A DNA stretch of 64,000 bases. Source: Psammoneis japonica (taxonomy: Eukaryota). A program made the translations under genes and the position numbers. Positions 12,371-25,219 of this stretch are shown one piece after another. The stretch lies in NCBI GenBank assembly GCA_008632985.1, contig QPGO01000060.1:186001-250000 (forward strand). Reading direction: 5' to 3'. The notes under the pieces were generated by a model, which did no database searches, was not told the origin of the DNA, and saw nothing but the letters and a program-made list of their open reading frames with translations. How positions within the stretch are numbered: the first letter of the stretch is position 1; each line of letters starts with the position of its first letter.

Positions 12371-15300
12371 CCCTCCCCTGATCTGTGGTGTCTCAACACA
12401 GAGAACAGTGCAGATCAAACCAAAGAATGGGGGTGATGTGAGGAAAAAATAGAGAGACTGGACACAGGACACGACAAGTGTCCATGCCCAATGCGCCAAC
12501 AAACAAGAGGGCAATGCGCAGCAGGGAGGCCACCGCGGAAAAAAATGTCAACAGCAGTGTCCCATCATGCGTCGAGCGTGGCGAGCGTGCAGCACCCAGC
12601 CAAGGGCCTTGGCAAGGTCATCGCTGGGGTTGACAATGCCAGGAACATGTCTCGTGACAATCTTGCCCGCTTCCTTCCATTCTTGGATCACAAAAAACTG
12701 AGTCTCAATGTGACGGGATCGCTCAGTTGGGATCAAGTGATTGATCATCTTGATTGCCGATTCGTTGTCAATGTGCAACGGGGTTGGCTCCATCTGAGGG
12801 AAGCCCAGGTCTTGTAGAACGTGACGAAGGTGCAGGACATGCTTGGCAGCAGTTCCAGCAGCACAAAATTCAGCTTCCACAGAGCTTGCAGCGGTCACCG
12901 ATTGGGTCTTGCACCGAAAAGATGTGGCAGCACCAGCTAACATGCAAGCACAGCCAGTCGTAGAATGACGGTTGCGGAGGTCATTGCCATGAGCAGCATC
13001 CAAGAAAGCAACGAGTTGATGATCACATGCAGGATGAGGGAATGATGGCAAGGTCGGGTCTGGAGTGAGACGTTCGAAGGGACAGGCAGGTGGTTTGGAG
13101 TCTCGGGCAGGCTTCCTGCAGTTCAATTCCCAATGTTCAGTGCGTCAAAGGCACTTGCATGTTCCTTTGAGCGCGTCACAGTGAACCACAGCAGGACAGG
13201 TCGAGAGCTTGGAGAGAGCAGTGATGGCACACCCAACATCCAGTCGACAGACAACGTGCACATGCAACAATTCGCCAAGAAGAGTTCGGTGGCCGAAACC
13301 AGCAGCTTGTTGCAGTTCCGCACACTCCGGGGTTCCTTCAGCTGGGCCAAAAGTGTTGTGCAGTTCGCGAACAGAGTCAACAGGCAGTGGTGCAGCCTTG
13401 CAGTCGTCGTCAAGTTCCTCGTCCGTCGGTGTCGACCAACCATGCGAGGCACAAACCCGATCCACACAGCTGTGAACAGCAATGCCAATGGAATCATCGC
13501 ATTGATGAACATCCACACCATTGAATTCGTCAATCATGCCAAGATGCTTGAACGGCGGAGAGGTTTCCGATTCCAATTGGAGAGCTTTGCCAATCTTGTC
13601 ATAGATCTTGATCGCAATAGACTCTTCAGGACAAGCGAGAGAGAAATCATCAACCTGACGGAGGAGCAAGATCTTGTGTCCTTCAAAAGCAGCAGAGTGG
13701 ACACATTTGTCATGAGCAGTGTTGCGAAAAAGCAGGTTCACATCAGATGAAATGCCGTTGATGTGCGTCTCCCAGAGCACGCCGGCTTCTGGGTGTCCTT
13801 GAAGTGCATGTTGCATCGGGAGTGCCACGCTCCTGTCCAAGTCAATGCCAAACCGAGCCTTGCACCAGGTTGCGCATGCCTCGTCTGTGGCAACATGTGG
13901 GGTGTGACGGTTGTGGAGAGTGTGCGTGGGCATCACGAGCATCCCCACCAAAGACAGGATAGCTCATGGTCGCAGCAAGGGCAAAAAACATGCGTTGGAT
14001 AGGCTGCTCAACACAGGACGAGTACGTCGAGTAGAGTCGATGTAGTGTCGACGCAGCACGGGGAGATCCATCACAGCACTGTCGAGAGCGCCGTGCACCA
14101 TCATGCTTGAGGTCATGTTGCCAATGTGGACGAAGTACGATGGCATCCTTGGGTTGTTTAATCGGTGCACCAAACATCCCCAACTCATGGAACTGGCCAA
14201 GTTGTTTGAATTCACCTGCACGCCATTCAGGCCACGTGTCCAACTTCTTGAGGCGATGGCGGGTGAAAGCACTCTAGGCTTGTTCCTCTGGAGCAATGGC
14301 GTGAGATGAGATGGCACAGATGTTGACTGCACCATTGTCACAATCAACAAAGAACGGCGGAGGGACATCGTCATCGTCCGTTTCGGAGAAATCAATGTCG
14401 GGGTGGCGGATGGCAGCAACAGCACGTATGTCGGCGTTGGTGATTTCCGGAACATGCTCATCATCAGGATCAGGACTCGGTGCATGTGTGTTGTGTTCCA
14501 TCAGAGCACGTTGTAGGGCTTGAGAGTCCAGGCGACGTTCCGGCACGAATTCAATTTCAAAATGAGTCTTGCCAGAATCACAGACTTGCTGAAAACGTTT
14601 GACAGCCTCCTCTGCCGTGAACACAGGATGATCATCGATCGACACGACACATGCACCCTTGATCTTGTTGCGGGCAGCCTTCAAAGAAGAGAAAAGACGT
14701 GCAGCAGGAGAACCACGCTTGATGTCAGAGACAAATGCTCGCCGATGGAGATCGTCCGTAGCCAAGGAAAGTCCAAACGTGGGATCAGCAAATGGTCCCT
14801 TCATGGTACGCTCAATGATCTTGGCAAAAGGATTCCCATGAAAGTGGAACTCATCCATCGTGGTTTCTTCAGTCTCGGCAGGTAAAGCCTTGCCATCTTG
14901 AGCACGTTCCAAGTGAACCACATTCGGCAGAAGAGAGTCGTGGGGAAGATCATTCATGCCCTCATCGTAGCGAATGTGCTTGGCAAGCTTGACACGCGAT
15001 GTCTCAGTGTCACACCAAAGAATGTTCTTGGCAGTGTCCGGAAGACAGCCCAAGAATGTTCCCTTGCGAGAGACAGACCAAAATTTCGCTGGGCGGTGAT
15101 TCGACGCACGCACCCACACTCGACAACCAAACGTACGAAAGTTCTTGAAATCATCCTTCTGACCAGTGGCGAGAGCAATCGGAGCAGCAGGTTGTCCGTG
15201 GGATGGCACAGTGTTGTTGACTCGAATGAAATGATGAAAAGCATGGGGCCAGAATTTGATGGGCAAATCAGCACCGATTGGCATCGCCCGGATGGCATCA

Positions 15301-18300
15301 GCAACAGACAAATGACTGCGTTCCACTGGGCCACTCTGATTTGAAGCATCTTTTCCTGCAGGACGAATTGCACAATGAAAGTCATCCTCGAAGAGTCACC
15401 AAACTTCTGGGTTCTGATGCAACTCACCTCCTTGATCCACAAACACATTTGTCTGGACATTTTGGCGAGTGCTCTTCCAGAAAGTGGCGAATCCAATTCA
15501 AAGGGGTTGCCTTGGAGACACGAGTCGCACCATGGAGACGCTTCGTTTTATGATCACAAACGGCAATCCAACAAGTCTCGCCATTCAATCCAACACAGTC
15601 CTTGGTGCCTCCGAGTTCTTGGAGCGCAGGCCAGAGAAGGAAAAATCAATCGTAAGGCCTTGGCATGGTTGGGCAGCAGTAAGAGCAGTGTTCGGACCGG
15701 CAGGTTCCTTCGTCTGCTTGGCTCGGCATGCAGGGACAAGTGTCGAGAGGAGAAGTTCCGTGGGCAAACTTGGGGACGCCATCAACATGTTCATGGGCAT
15801 GACAAAGGCAGTGATCACTCGGATGACCAAGTCGCTGATGCCATAAAAGACGTTCCGTGTCGGCCTTGAGAGACTGGACAGGAATGTTCTTCTCAGCATG
15901 CTTCTCGAAAGGAACATCTTGACAGACACAGGGGATCAACTTGCGTTCATCACGAAGAGCTTCATGTTGGTGGGTGCGACAAGTCTCAATCACACACGCA
16001 GAGACCGCTTCACACTCATCGGCAAAAGAAGGATCAGCAGTCTTGAGGCGCTCGACAGATGCATCCAGTTCGTCGTTAGATTCCGGGAGAATGAGAGGGT
16101 GAGTAAAACATTTTCCATTGATCAATTTTCCATGAATGACAACATCCTGACTCTTGCGCAATCGGTGTCGTGCAACAAACTTGCAGGTGCCGAGATCATG
16201 GAACTTGAGAGTGCAATCGACATTGCAATCTGCGCGACGAGAACCATTTTGACGAAGGAGGAGTCGCTCATCGACCAACGTAGATTGGATCTGTGGGTGG
16301 CAGCATGCACGGACCTCAACACAGCCATCAGAGTTCTCTGCAGGGATGCGAAGATAGCCGAATCCAACTGGGACAGCTTGGTGGCCAAGGGCCGGGTTGA
16401 CGGCAAGGGGACAGGGATGGGATGGGGTGAAGTCTTGGCAGCGATGGAGGAGGTCACGGTCGCCTGCACACGCAACATCGGCACCAGTGTCCAACTGAGC
16501 ACAACGTTCATTCGGAGCAAAGTTTACCCCATTGACAGAACAAGTGGATCGCAGCAGTTCCGGCTCAGGTGAGTGATTCGCCTGGTGTGGATCGATCGGA
16601 GTGACACGAACAGAATTGACGGCAGCAAAACCGTCTTCAACAGCCATGTCATCATGGGTGAGATCAATGTGTTCCTCAAAAACTGGTGTTTCTGGGTCTT
16701 CCCTCCCCTGTTCCAAAGGATCCGGAACATGAGCAGCATCGACGGAGGCTTCTTGAGGAGCAGGGTCATCATCGGGCCAACGTGTTGGCATCAAATGACA
16801 TCTTCGTGGAGGTGGAAGGGGTGGCATCCATGTCAATCTGTGAGGAAAGAGGTGTTGCAGCGGCAGATGACGAGACGGTCAGCCCCTCTTTCAAGGTCAT
16901 CCCGCTGACATTGGTCTTGTCTCAGTGAGGAGATGACGGGCAGCGTCGGAGATCCGAAACTAGCTGCGACGGCCCGATTGAAAATCCGAGGGCTGAGTGC
17001 TAGACGGAGGCGGATTTTCAGGATTGTCATGATGAGGTGGGAGCAAACCTTGGGGTCCTTGGAACTCAGAAGCACGCATGGCTGCTTCCTGTTTTAAGAA
17101 TTGACAAAAACGGATGTGGAATCCCTTGGTGCACGGGTTGTTCTTCAGGACTGGACAGTCATCAAACAAATGCTCTCCGGAGCAGACAAGACATGGTTTC
17201 TTGGAGGCTTCATGTGGAGCAACTTTCAGTTTATAGACTGAAGCTGAGCACACATGGTGAGGGATTCGATCTTCATCCGCAGATGGGATCTCGAGTTCGT
17301 GCAATTCGTTGCAAAGAGTGTCAAAGGCATCCGGAGGTGGAGATTCTGCACCAGGATCTTCAGTGGTAGAGTCATCAACTGGTTCATGGAGGGGTGTCTC
17401 AGGGATCTGGAGAGAGTTGACATTGGCAGGTGTGCGTCGCGTAGAAGCATCTGCTTGATTCCATGTACGGCATGGGTTGGATTGCGTCGTACGAGTGGGA
17501 AGGGATGGGCCACCCGGTTGGCGGAGGAAATCAGAGAGAGTCTCGACAATCTGTGCATCCGTGTGCTTCTTCTGCACAGCTGGAGACTTCCGTTCATCTC
17601 TGGTGGCACGTGACAAGAACTTGGAGTGCTTGGTGTTCTTGACAAAGATCGTCATCTCCCGTGGATCGTTCAACGTAGAGTCCGCATCAAAAATGCAGGC
17701 ACGCAGCTGTGGGAAATCATTGAAGATCATGTGGCAGTCCGTTGATGATCCATTGCCTTGGACAGGACAGGAATCAACAAGTCCAGCAGCATCATGATCA
17801 AAGGCAGGGTGATTCTCGCAGACAATCTGCTTTAGAGCCTTGCATCCGTTGCCGCAGCACGATGCAACAATCCGATGACACTTGCCATTCTTGGGGAACA
17901 TGTCCGACTTGGAGAGGATTTTGTGGAGAGAACTCTGAGCTTCCTTGCAGTGGACGTACATGCGTTGAGGCAAGTCATCATCCTTGCCGTTGCCGATCTC
18001 AAAACCCTTCTCACCACCGTGATCCTCAGCAAAACACCACAGGGGATGTGCAGCAACCTGAATCAAAGGCATGACGTTGGAGATTTTGGCACCATGCTCG
18101 CATCCCAGGGGGAGAGTCGTCATGACATGCAGGAGGTTCTCTGAACAGCATTTTCTGATCAGGAGTCGAGCTCATGATGAAAAGGGTGCCATCGTCAAGG
18201 ATGATGCGATCGGATGCATCAACACAGTGACGGAATCCATGGTCGCAAGGGACGAGAGAGCTCTGAAGAGCAACTTTTCCGTCTTCTTTGCGGTCGTAGC

Positions 18301-19171
18301 ATGCACGAACGTCTGCAGGAAGTGTGTTCGGATTGAAGAGGCATTTCGATGTTGCGGAAGATGCAGCACTTCCAGATGTCTTGGCAGAAGCTGTAGAAGG
18401 CGGAGCATGGCTCGACGCGCATGTGTTGAGTGCAGTCACCAAGTCAGTCACAGTCAATGTAGCAGGTCCTGCAGGTTTCTGAGAAGAAGACGGAGGCTGC
18501 TGTTTCTTCTGGTGGGGCGCAAGAGAGAACTCGTTCCAATTGCGATAGTTCCGTGTCATGTCCGGATCAACACGCACATGTTGGGTAGATGTGACAATGA
18601 ACAGAGATTGTCCACCGTTCTGAAGATTCGTCTTGATCATCTTTGACAAGATCGGAGTCATCAGGCAGACTGGACGAGGCCTTTGAGGGTCAAGAAGTCT
18701 GAACGGGGCTTGATCCACAATTGTCTTGATTGACTCTACATCCGTGGGATCAGCTGTGTAAGGTGGAAACGCTTCATGGATGAAATGATCGCGAAGCATG
18801 TCCGCAAAATCGTTCTTGGGTTGTGCGTGCTCTGGATCGTCAAAAAATCGATCGAGATCAGTTGTGGAGTCTGCATGAACCGTTTTCAGGCACTGATGTA
18901 GATGTGGTGTCGTTGCATGTGCCTCAAATTCGCAGTGGATCTCTGCAATTGACGCAGGAACGGCTTTTGTGAGGTCGGGAGACGCCATGGTTTTAGTGGG
19001 TGGAGCCATTTTTGGTCATGCACGCGTAGAAATCTGGCATGTTTCTACGGTCGTGAAAAATGCCGGGAAAGCGAGACAAAAAGTTGTTGGAGCAGACGAT
19101 GAGGCTCGCTCGATCGGCTCACAAAACAAACGAGTCGAGACAGAAAGCTTGGCGCAGAGGTCTGTGGCACA

Positions 19172-19187
19172 GCGCATGGCCATAACC
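19172..19187 (-). promoter_or_regulatory. Primer-binding site, GGTTATGG type (internal initiator-tRNA-Met priming as in Copia/Ty5)
   Basis: GGTTATGGCCATGCGC directly follows the 5' LTR on the minus strand. Confidence 0.65.
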
Positions 19188-19381
19188 TGACAGAATACCG
19201 AAGGTCGATAGTGATAGAGGTGTGAAAGACTCCCTAAAGTACCAGGACTGTGATAACACGAGTGCTAGTAGATGAGAAAGTGAGAAGCAGATCTCAGAGA
19301 GATCTGCTCGTCTATCTAAATGGTCTAGCCATCATCCGTATCCAGTCTGTCCATCATACGATAGGTATAGATAGGCTGACA
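19188..19381 (-). repeat. 5' LTR of the Copia (largely unmutated copy)
   Basis: Pairs with 12177-12370 and retains 17 TpA. Confidence 0.97.
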
Positions 19382-19972
19382 CGGTCTTGATGTGCATCAT
19401 AGAAAGTCGACACATAAGGTCCGTAAAGTAGATCTGTATGACACAGAAATAACCGTACTGACTAATTTAGATACGAATTATTCAATGGTGCTATTCTTAT
19501 GTTGTTTGATTTTAGATTAGGGGCTCGAAATGGCCCGAGAAGTGCACAAAAACTTTCCACTTGACAACCACTTAAGTCACCCCATAAGCCTGTTGTATTT
19601 GCACTGAACAAAAAAAGAAATAGCACCCACAGACTAAGAAAAAATGGAGGTTTTAATGGTGTTATTCTTATTGTCATAAGGTAGAACTTCGATGCCGTTA
19701 TGGGCCGTCATCTTCATTGTCGTGTGAGGCCTCTCGCTTTGCTTATCATCAGCATGCCCAAGACACCCGGATATTTAGCTTTTTAATTTTCACGCCGGTT
19801 AGGTCACCAAAACGACAAAACGAAAAAAGATCCATTTTACTGTATTATCTTGTACATTGAACAAGATTGATCCTCGCCGTGTTGGCATTGTTCTCCAAAG
19901 TGGAAGATAGAGATTACAATATATTATATTCCTTTTTAGTTTGATTGCAATAAAGGAGTAGAGAGTACAAAC

Positions 19973-20575
19973 ATGTCTGCTGCAGCAAGCAAACCAACAG
20001 AGCTGCACTGCGTCCGTTGCCACGACACCTTTAATCCTGACGATCCGAACAATAATTCCTGCATCATTGAACATGACTATGAATCCTTCGACGGTTGTCG
20101 GAACGGAACCCAATGGTACACAGGAACACTACAATGCTGCGGCGCCGATTACAAATTCCATCGCTTTTGCAGTGACGACCAGGCCACTCCCAAGAATTGT
20201 TTCGAGGGGAAGCATACAACGAATGTGACGCAAGTGAACTATACCAAATCAACGATTGACATCTGCAACGAGAAGGAATGCGGTAAAGAATTGCATGTCG
20301 CCTCTAAAAAGGCACGCGAGGAGCAAATTGAGAGCAAGAAGCGTATGGAAGAAGCTGCAAAGGCGGAACGCAAGGAGAAAAAGTCAACCCAGCGGGCTCG
20401 TATGGTGGAGCTCCAGTCGAAGGGCAATAGTCGCGAGGCGAGGAGACTACGAGCGGAATCGCTGGGGATGGATATGGATAGTGATGAGCTGAATTCCGAT
20501 GTTGATCCCGAGGGTTGTGAGGAGTTTGATTATGCCAGCGATTCCAGTCTCGTTCCGCCGTGGGAGGATTATTGA
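19973..20575 (+). CDS. Hypothetical protein, Cys/His-motif N-terminus and charged coiled-coil/acidic C-terminus
   Basis: 200-aa ATG-started ORF with normal Tyr and TpA content, flanked by AT-rich DNA. Confidence 0.7.
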   Translation: MSAAASKPTELHCVRCHDTFNPDDPNNNSCIIEHDYESFDGCRNGTQWYTGTLQCCGADYKFHRFCSDDQATPKNCFEGKHTTNVTQVNYTKSTIDICNEKECGKELHVASKKAREEQIESKKRMEEAAKAERKEKKSTQRARMVELQSKGNSREARRLRAESLGMDMDSDELNSDVDPEGCEEFDYASDSSLVPPWEDY

Positions 20576-20889
20576 AAGAAGGTAGAAAGTGCACGTTAAT
20601 AAGTTTCAAAGTAGGAATTCTCAAAGTAGCATTGACATTTAATATTAAAGAAACGATGAGGTGTCAATGAACATAGGATGGATTGGTAGACGCATCATTC
20701 CGAACATTGTGTTTTATTCTACTTATCTGCATCACAAAGTTCAGTTTCAGTGGAAAAACTGACACCCCGTCCACGGCAAGCATGACAACGATTTCATGTA
20801 GCACATCCAATCGAATCTAATTTCTACACAGTAACATTACTTTTACTAAAATGGCTAACGTTTCTCTACTGTGGTGCCTTTCGCTCTTT

Positions 20890-21484
20890 CTAAAATGCCA
20901 GAGGTGAGGTTGCACTCTCACCGCGCAATAAGCGTTCTGTAGCTTCAATGCATTTGTGTTTGGCTTGGTTCACCTCGTAATCATCATAGGGCTTGCAAAG
21001 ATGGTAGAGACCACCCGTCAAGATGCCTATAAGGACACCGGCGAAAACACACCCAACCGAGATTCCAACCTTGTGCGATGGTTGCCACCAAAAGACGCGC
21101 GTCCTCTTGCCATTGCCCTCCGCCATCAGCTCGAAAACATGTTTGGGTCGACCTTCAGCAATATCAGAACTCTCCTCAATGACAATTTTATTGGGCTCCA
21201 GCTCGACAACCATAGTACAGGTTGGTAATTCTGCCGAATTTGAGGTCGCGCAAGACGCAAGCATATTGGGCACCGACCGTTCCGTTTCTACCATAATTGC
21301 AACTCCAAGAGGTCTCGAAGTTTTTGGGCCGGTATTTGAGAATGTCCATGGATGTCCGTACAAATACGTGCGTGTCGTGCATCGCAAACGAGACTTGATT
21401 CAAGGGACGATTTACCACAAACTCGTGATAGAGTTCTAGTCCCGACAGTGGCGGTTTGCGTTCTGACAAAGAAGAGGACGACAT
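20890..21484 (-). CDS. Hypothetical protein with C-terminal transmembrane segment, split over two frames (intron or frameshift); weak SRPBCC-like resemblance
   Basis: Overlapping ORFs 21188-21586 and 20890-21387 both look protein-like. Hydrophobic VGISVGCVFAGVLIGILTGGLY. Structure unresolved. Confidence 0.4.
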
Positions 21485-21651
21485 GTCGCTTTTAGAAATG
21501 TTATGGCTCAAAGGACGTTGTGGAGTATGCAACTTCCCGAAAAGAATGAGCCTGCTCGGCACGAACGAAATTGTGACCGTTTGCATGCCGAATCAATGAA
21601 GACCACGACTGGGGCTCTCAGTCACGCGTGATGTAAATGGCGTAGAAGTTC

Positions 21652-24600
21652 GAGGGGCATTAGACAAAATGCCAATTTCTGTTGCCACTGCAGGACTCAG
21701 CATGCGCGTTTTGTTGTTGCTTGCTCTGCCAGTCATCTCCTTTCATGACTGCTTCTCTTGCGTGCCACCCAATGTTGTGGAGAGAAAACACACCATGCAC
21801 AGAGAAATGCAAAAGGACATGGCAAAAAAGGCACCCATTTTTAAATCAAAGTCTCATGTGGGGTGAAATGTTGCAGTGTTGTCAGAGCAGCAGCTGGCTG
21901 TGCAGCAAAAAAAAGCTGAGATGGCCCACTCTAAGAGACCAAGAAGTCAACTGCCAATTGCAGAAACAATGTGCACCATTTTCTCACTTTTTTGTTCATG
22001 CAAAGTGCCCAGCTCACATGATTGCAAGTGTTTCCACACACACGCCAACGGGGCTGTTGCACCACAAGCTGGTCAAAATGGTTTCTGAACCTTTTGTTGT
22101 CCTTGCTGCTGCTGGCTCCTGCAGTGAGGAGTTGAGAGAGGCCAAGAAACTGTGCTGTTGCTCTGTGTGCACACTGGAGAGCCAAAAATTGCAGGCCATG
22201 GTTGACAGCATGCTGGGGTTCCATCTGATCAACAGTGCACAACAACCAAGCCATCTCATCCCCCGTTCCTTCATGTCTCACTGGAAAGCCCTCTGCTCCA
22301 ATCACATTGAAGCTGTCAGCACTGCAATGTTGAATGGGGTGGAGCATTCTGCCAATGACATTGAAGAAGATCTCCACTGGTGCCAAAGAGAGAGAGAGAC
22401 TCAGAAATGAGCTGAGGCGTGCAAAAAGAAAAGATTCCTTGTCCTGTGCCTGCCCAGGCTTTGATTTTGTATCTTCTTGGCTTGTGCCCATCTTGGTTTC
22501 ATGCCGATTTGAGTGAGATCATTTGTGGAGAGGCGAACGCCAAGAAACTCAAATGGCATCAGAAGAACTTTCCTTCTGGCACCACGTCATTTGCCTTGCC
22601 GCGGGATGATGCATCCTCAGCTCCTGATGATCTGCATGTCAAGATTGAGGGACTGACCATTCACATCCTCTGATGGGAATTGATCAGGCTTGGCATCTGC
22701 TTGCCATGCATTGACGGGTGTGCAGATGGAGAGATGATCCATCAACAGCTCAACATCAAAAGGGAGTGTTTGCCAACTCTAATCTTTGATGCAAGTGGCG
22801 CCACTGATTGGGGGATGTCCGTGCACTGCAAATGCATTAAATGTGGTTGTAAGTGCAGAGGCAATGATGCCAAGCTGCTTGAAAAGCTTCCAAGTCATCT
22901 CCAACTTTGTCACCCTGTGGATCTCTGCTGTGCCAACGCCAACCCATCTTTTCATTTGACATTGCCAACGACCCGATGTGTTGACCACTCCGTGCAGAAG
23001 TGCAGCAACAGTGATGACACAGCTGCCTTCTTACATCAACAATGAGGATGCAATTTTCTTGACAGAGAAGAGCGGCATTTTTTGCAGTCAACCAATGTGG
23101 GCAGCAATTCAACAACTCCGCTGTCAGCATGTGAGGACTGGATGGGTCAACACAGACCAACAGGACAAAAAACAAAAGGGACATGCACGATGCTGCACGT
23201 GAGTCAGATCTTGCCAAGACTGGTGTCAGTGTCAACATGCAGCACACCAGAGAAATCCAGTCAGTTGCTTGTCATGCAAGTGTCGCATCAGACCACACTT
23301 TTGATCAACTGAAAAATTGCAGAAACATGGATGGCAAGGGACTGTTCACCATGGCAAGTGAGACAGGGGAGATTGGAGTGGCAGCAGTTGTGCCAATGCT
23401 TGAAACAAAAGACTGTGCCCATGCCATGGAGCAATTTGCTGGATGTCCAAACATGAAACCTCGTGTTCACCACTTGGACACCTGGCCAAACAAAGAAGAA
23501 TTTTGGAAACAAATTTTTGGTCATGATGTTGCATGTCGGCTTGGCCTTTGGCACTGGACCAACAAAATTGTTCATGCTCTGCGGGCTGCTCATGTTGATT
23601 GTCATGCAGCTCCCCATGATTTGAAGGACTGTGTGCAATGCAATGACAAATCTGATGAGTTGTGTGCAGTTGATGCACTTGTCTTTGGGAGACTCAGGGG
23701 GAAGAAGAACACAAGGGAAGAAAATGAAGATGTCAAGAACAGCAAGAAATGGAAGAACTGCAACAAGTGCATTTGAAAGTGGGCTTGCCCTCCAGAAACT
23801 CAAAACAAAAATCTTGAGGCGTGGTTCAATTGCTGCAAGTGCACGTTGTCTCCTGGAGCAGCTGAAGCCGGTGGATGAGACATGACCCTGATTCTGGCAA
23901 GCTGCTTTTCACCAAAAACACCAAGTCGGCAGCAGAAAATGCAACAGCATTGGCTCATGGACTTGACAAGCCACTTGCACATCAAGAATTGCACCACATT
24001 GAGCACCCTTCAAAATGGTCAAAGTGCAAGCTAGACATGCACGTCACCACCACAGGCACCGAGTTAAAGCTGGAAAAATGCCATCACATCGTCGAGCATT
24101 TTGGGACACCGGTTCCAGAAGCACCCACATTGATGCTCTCTGTGTCTTGCTGGAACATGCAAATGTGACATGGAAATGAGAGAGCATCTCTGAGTGGATA
24201 ACATGATGGCTGACGAGCGTGCCAAGATTCTGTGTGCCTTTCGAGGCATCCCCATCTTTCTGGATCACAGCCTCCTTGACTGCAATGACAAGCTGGCCCA
24301 AAAAGCTGGAACTCAACATCCCCTGTCCATGAGAACATTGGAGAGCTGGTGCAGGACAATGGTGAGCAACAGTTTTTGGCTCACCCAAAGCAACTTGAAC
24401 ATTTGAGAGAGAGGAACTCAAGTCGAGGAAGGCACCCCCCCCCCCACTGGCACGACAGCAGCATCCTCCAAAAAAGATTCCGACAGATGCACGCGCAACA
24501 AGTGTGACACAAAAAATCCACATTCGACTCATTCCAACCCAGTGCCAATCATGGAGAACCCATGCAGAAGAAAATCCAAGTCACTGCAGCTGCCGTCTGA

Positions 24601-25219
24601 GGAGCCATGTGCCAAAAAAATGAAACCTTCCAAATTGCAAGAGGAGGTGGTCTTGCCATGAAAGCCACCACTGCCAGTGACGATTGCACCATGTCCCCTT
24701 CCACATTGCACACCAATTCCCACCAATCCTCTTTAGACTGGCTTGCCAACATTTTTGCCACCATTGTAGATGCCGCCAAATCTGCAGTCGGGTCTGACTC
24801 AAAAATTCTGTTGTTTCCGAGCACGAGATTTTCGCCTTTCAAAAACAAACTTGTTGGGCTGTTGGGGGTGGCTGCTCAAGAGGAAGAGCCCCACATGATG
24901 AACATTGCTCATCAAAGTAGCCTGCAAATGTGGATGCATTGTTGTGATTGTTGAGATTCTGTCCCATGTTGCGTCTCGAACTGGTGAGGACGAGATGGAA
25001 GATGGGAAACAGGGGGGGCCATGCCGCCCAAATGAAATCAACCTTCGCATCTTTTCATGCACGATGGGCTGATGTCCTCTGTCTTCAACACCATGAAAAC
25101 GCAACCACGTCTCGCATCTTGCACTCACTTCCGCCATTGCTGCGTTCTTCTCCTCTCCTCTCTTCCTTCCTTCTCGTTGTTTACAGCAGCAACGGGGTCC
25201 GTCGGTACAGTACCCCCTC
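21652..25219 (+). mobile_element. Degraded DNA transposon with DDE-like transposase (Mutator-like/DUF6729-type, family uncertain)
   Basis: Fragments SVASDHTF..GLFTMASETGEI..LDTWP..RLGLWHW..GTE.KLEKCHH. Short inverted ends GAGGGG / CCCCTC. TpA- and CpG-poor block with sharp edges. Confidence 0.55.

Larger units (their letters stand above)
12177..19381 (-). mobile_element. Full-length Ty1/Copia (CoDi-like) LTR retrotransposon, frameshifted and TpA-hypermutated
   Basis: 194-bp LTRs with TG..CA ends, 5-bp TSD CGGTC (12172-12176 and 19382-19386), PBS and PPT. Domain order gag, Zn knuckle CLVCSGEHLFDDC, protease AQLDTGAD, LWHQRLGHPS, integrase, RT (LRQVDD), RNase H (DAAH..SSVEAE..IDN..NPSDDLAK). 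Confidence 0.97.

Noticed and set aside
19188..19381. Classical fungal RIP (CpA>TpA) acting on the TA-rich LTR
   Set aside because: Conserved Tyr positions read Cys/His in the TA-poor DNA, and the functional cyclophilin flank is the TA-containing copy, so the direction is TA>TG/CA.
12177..19381. ADAR-type RNA editing or reverse-transcriptase error as the source of A>G changes
   Set aside because: Both A>G and T>C occur interleaved in one LTR, the LTRs diverged after insertion, and DNA transposons and host duplications show the same pattern.
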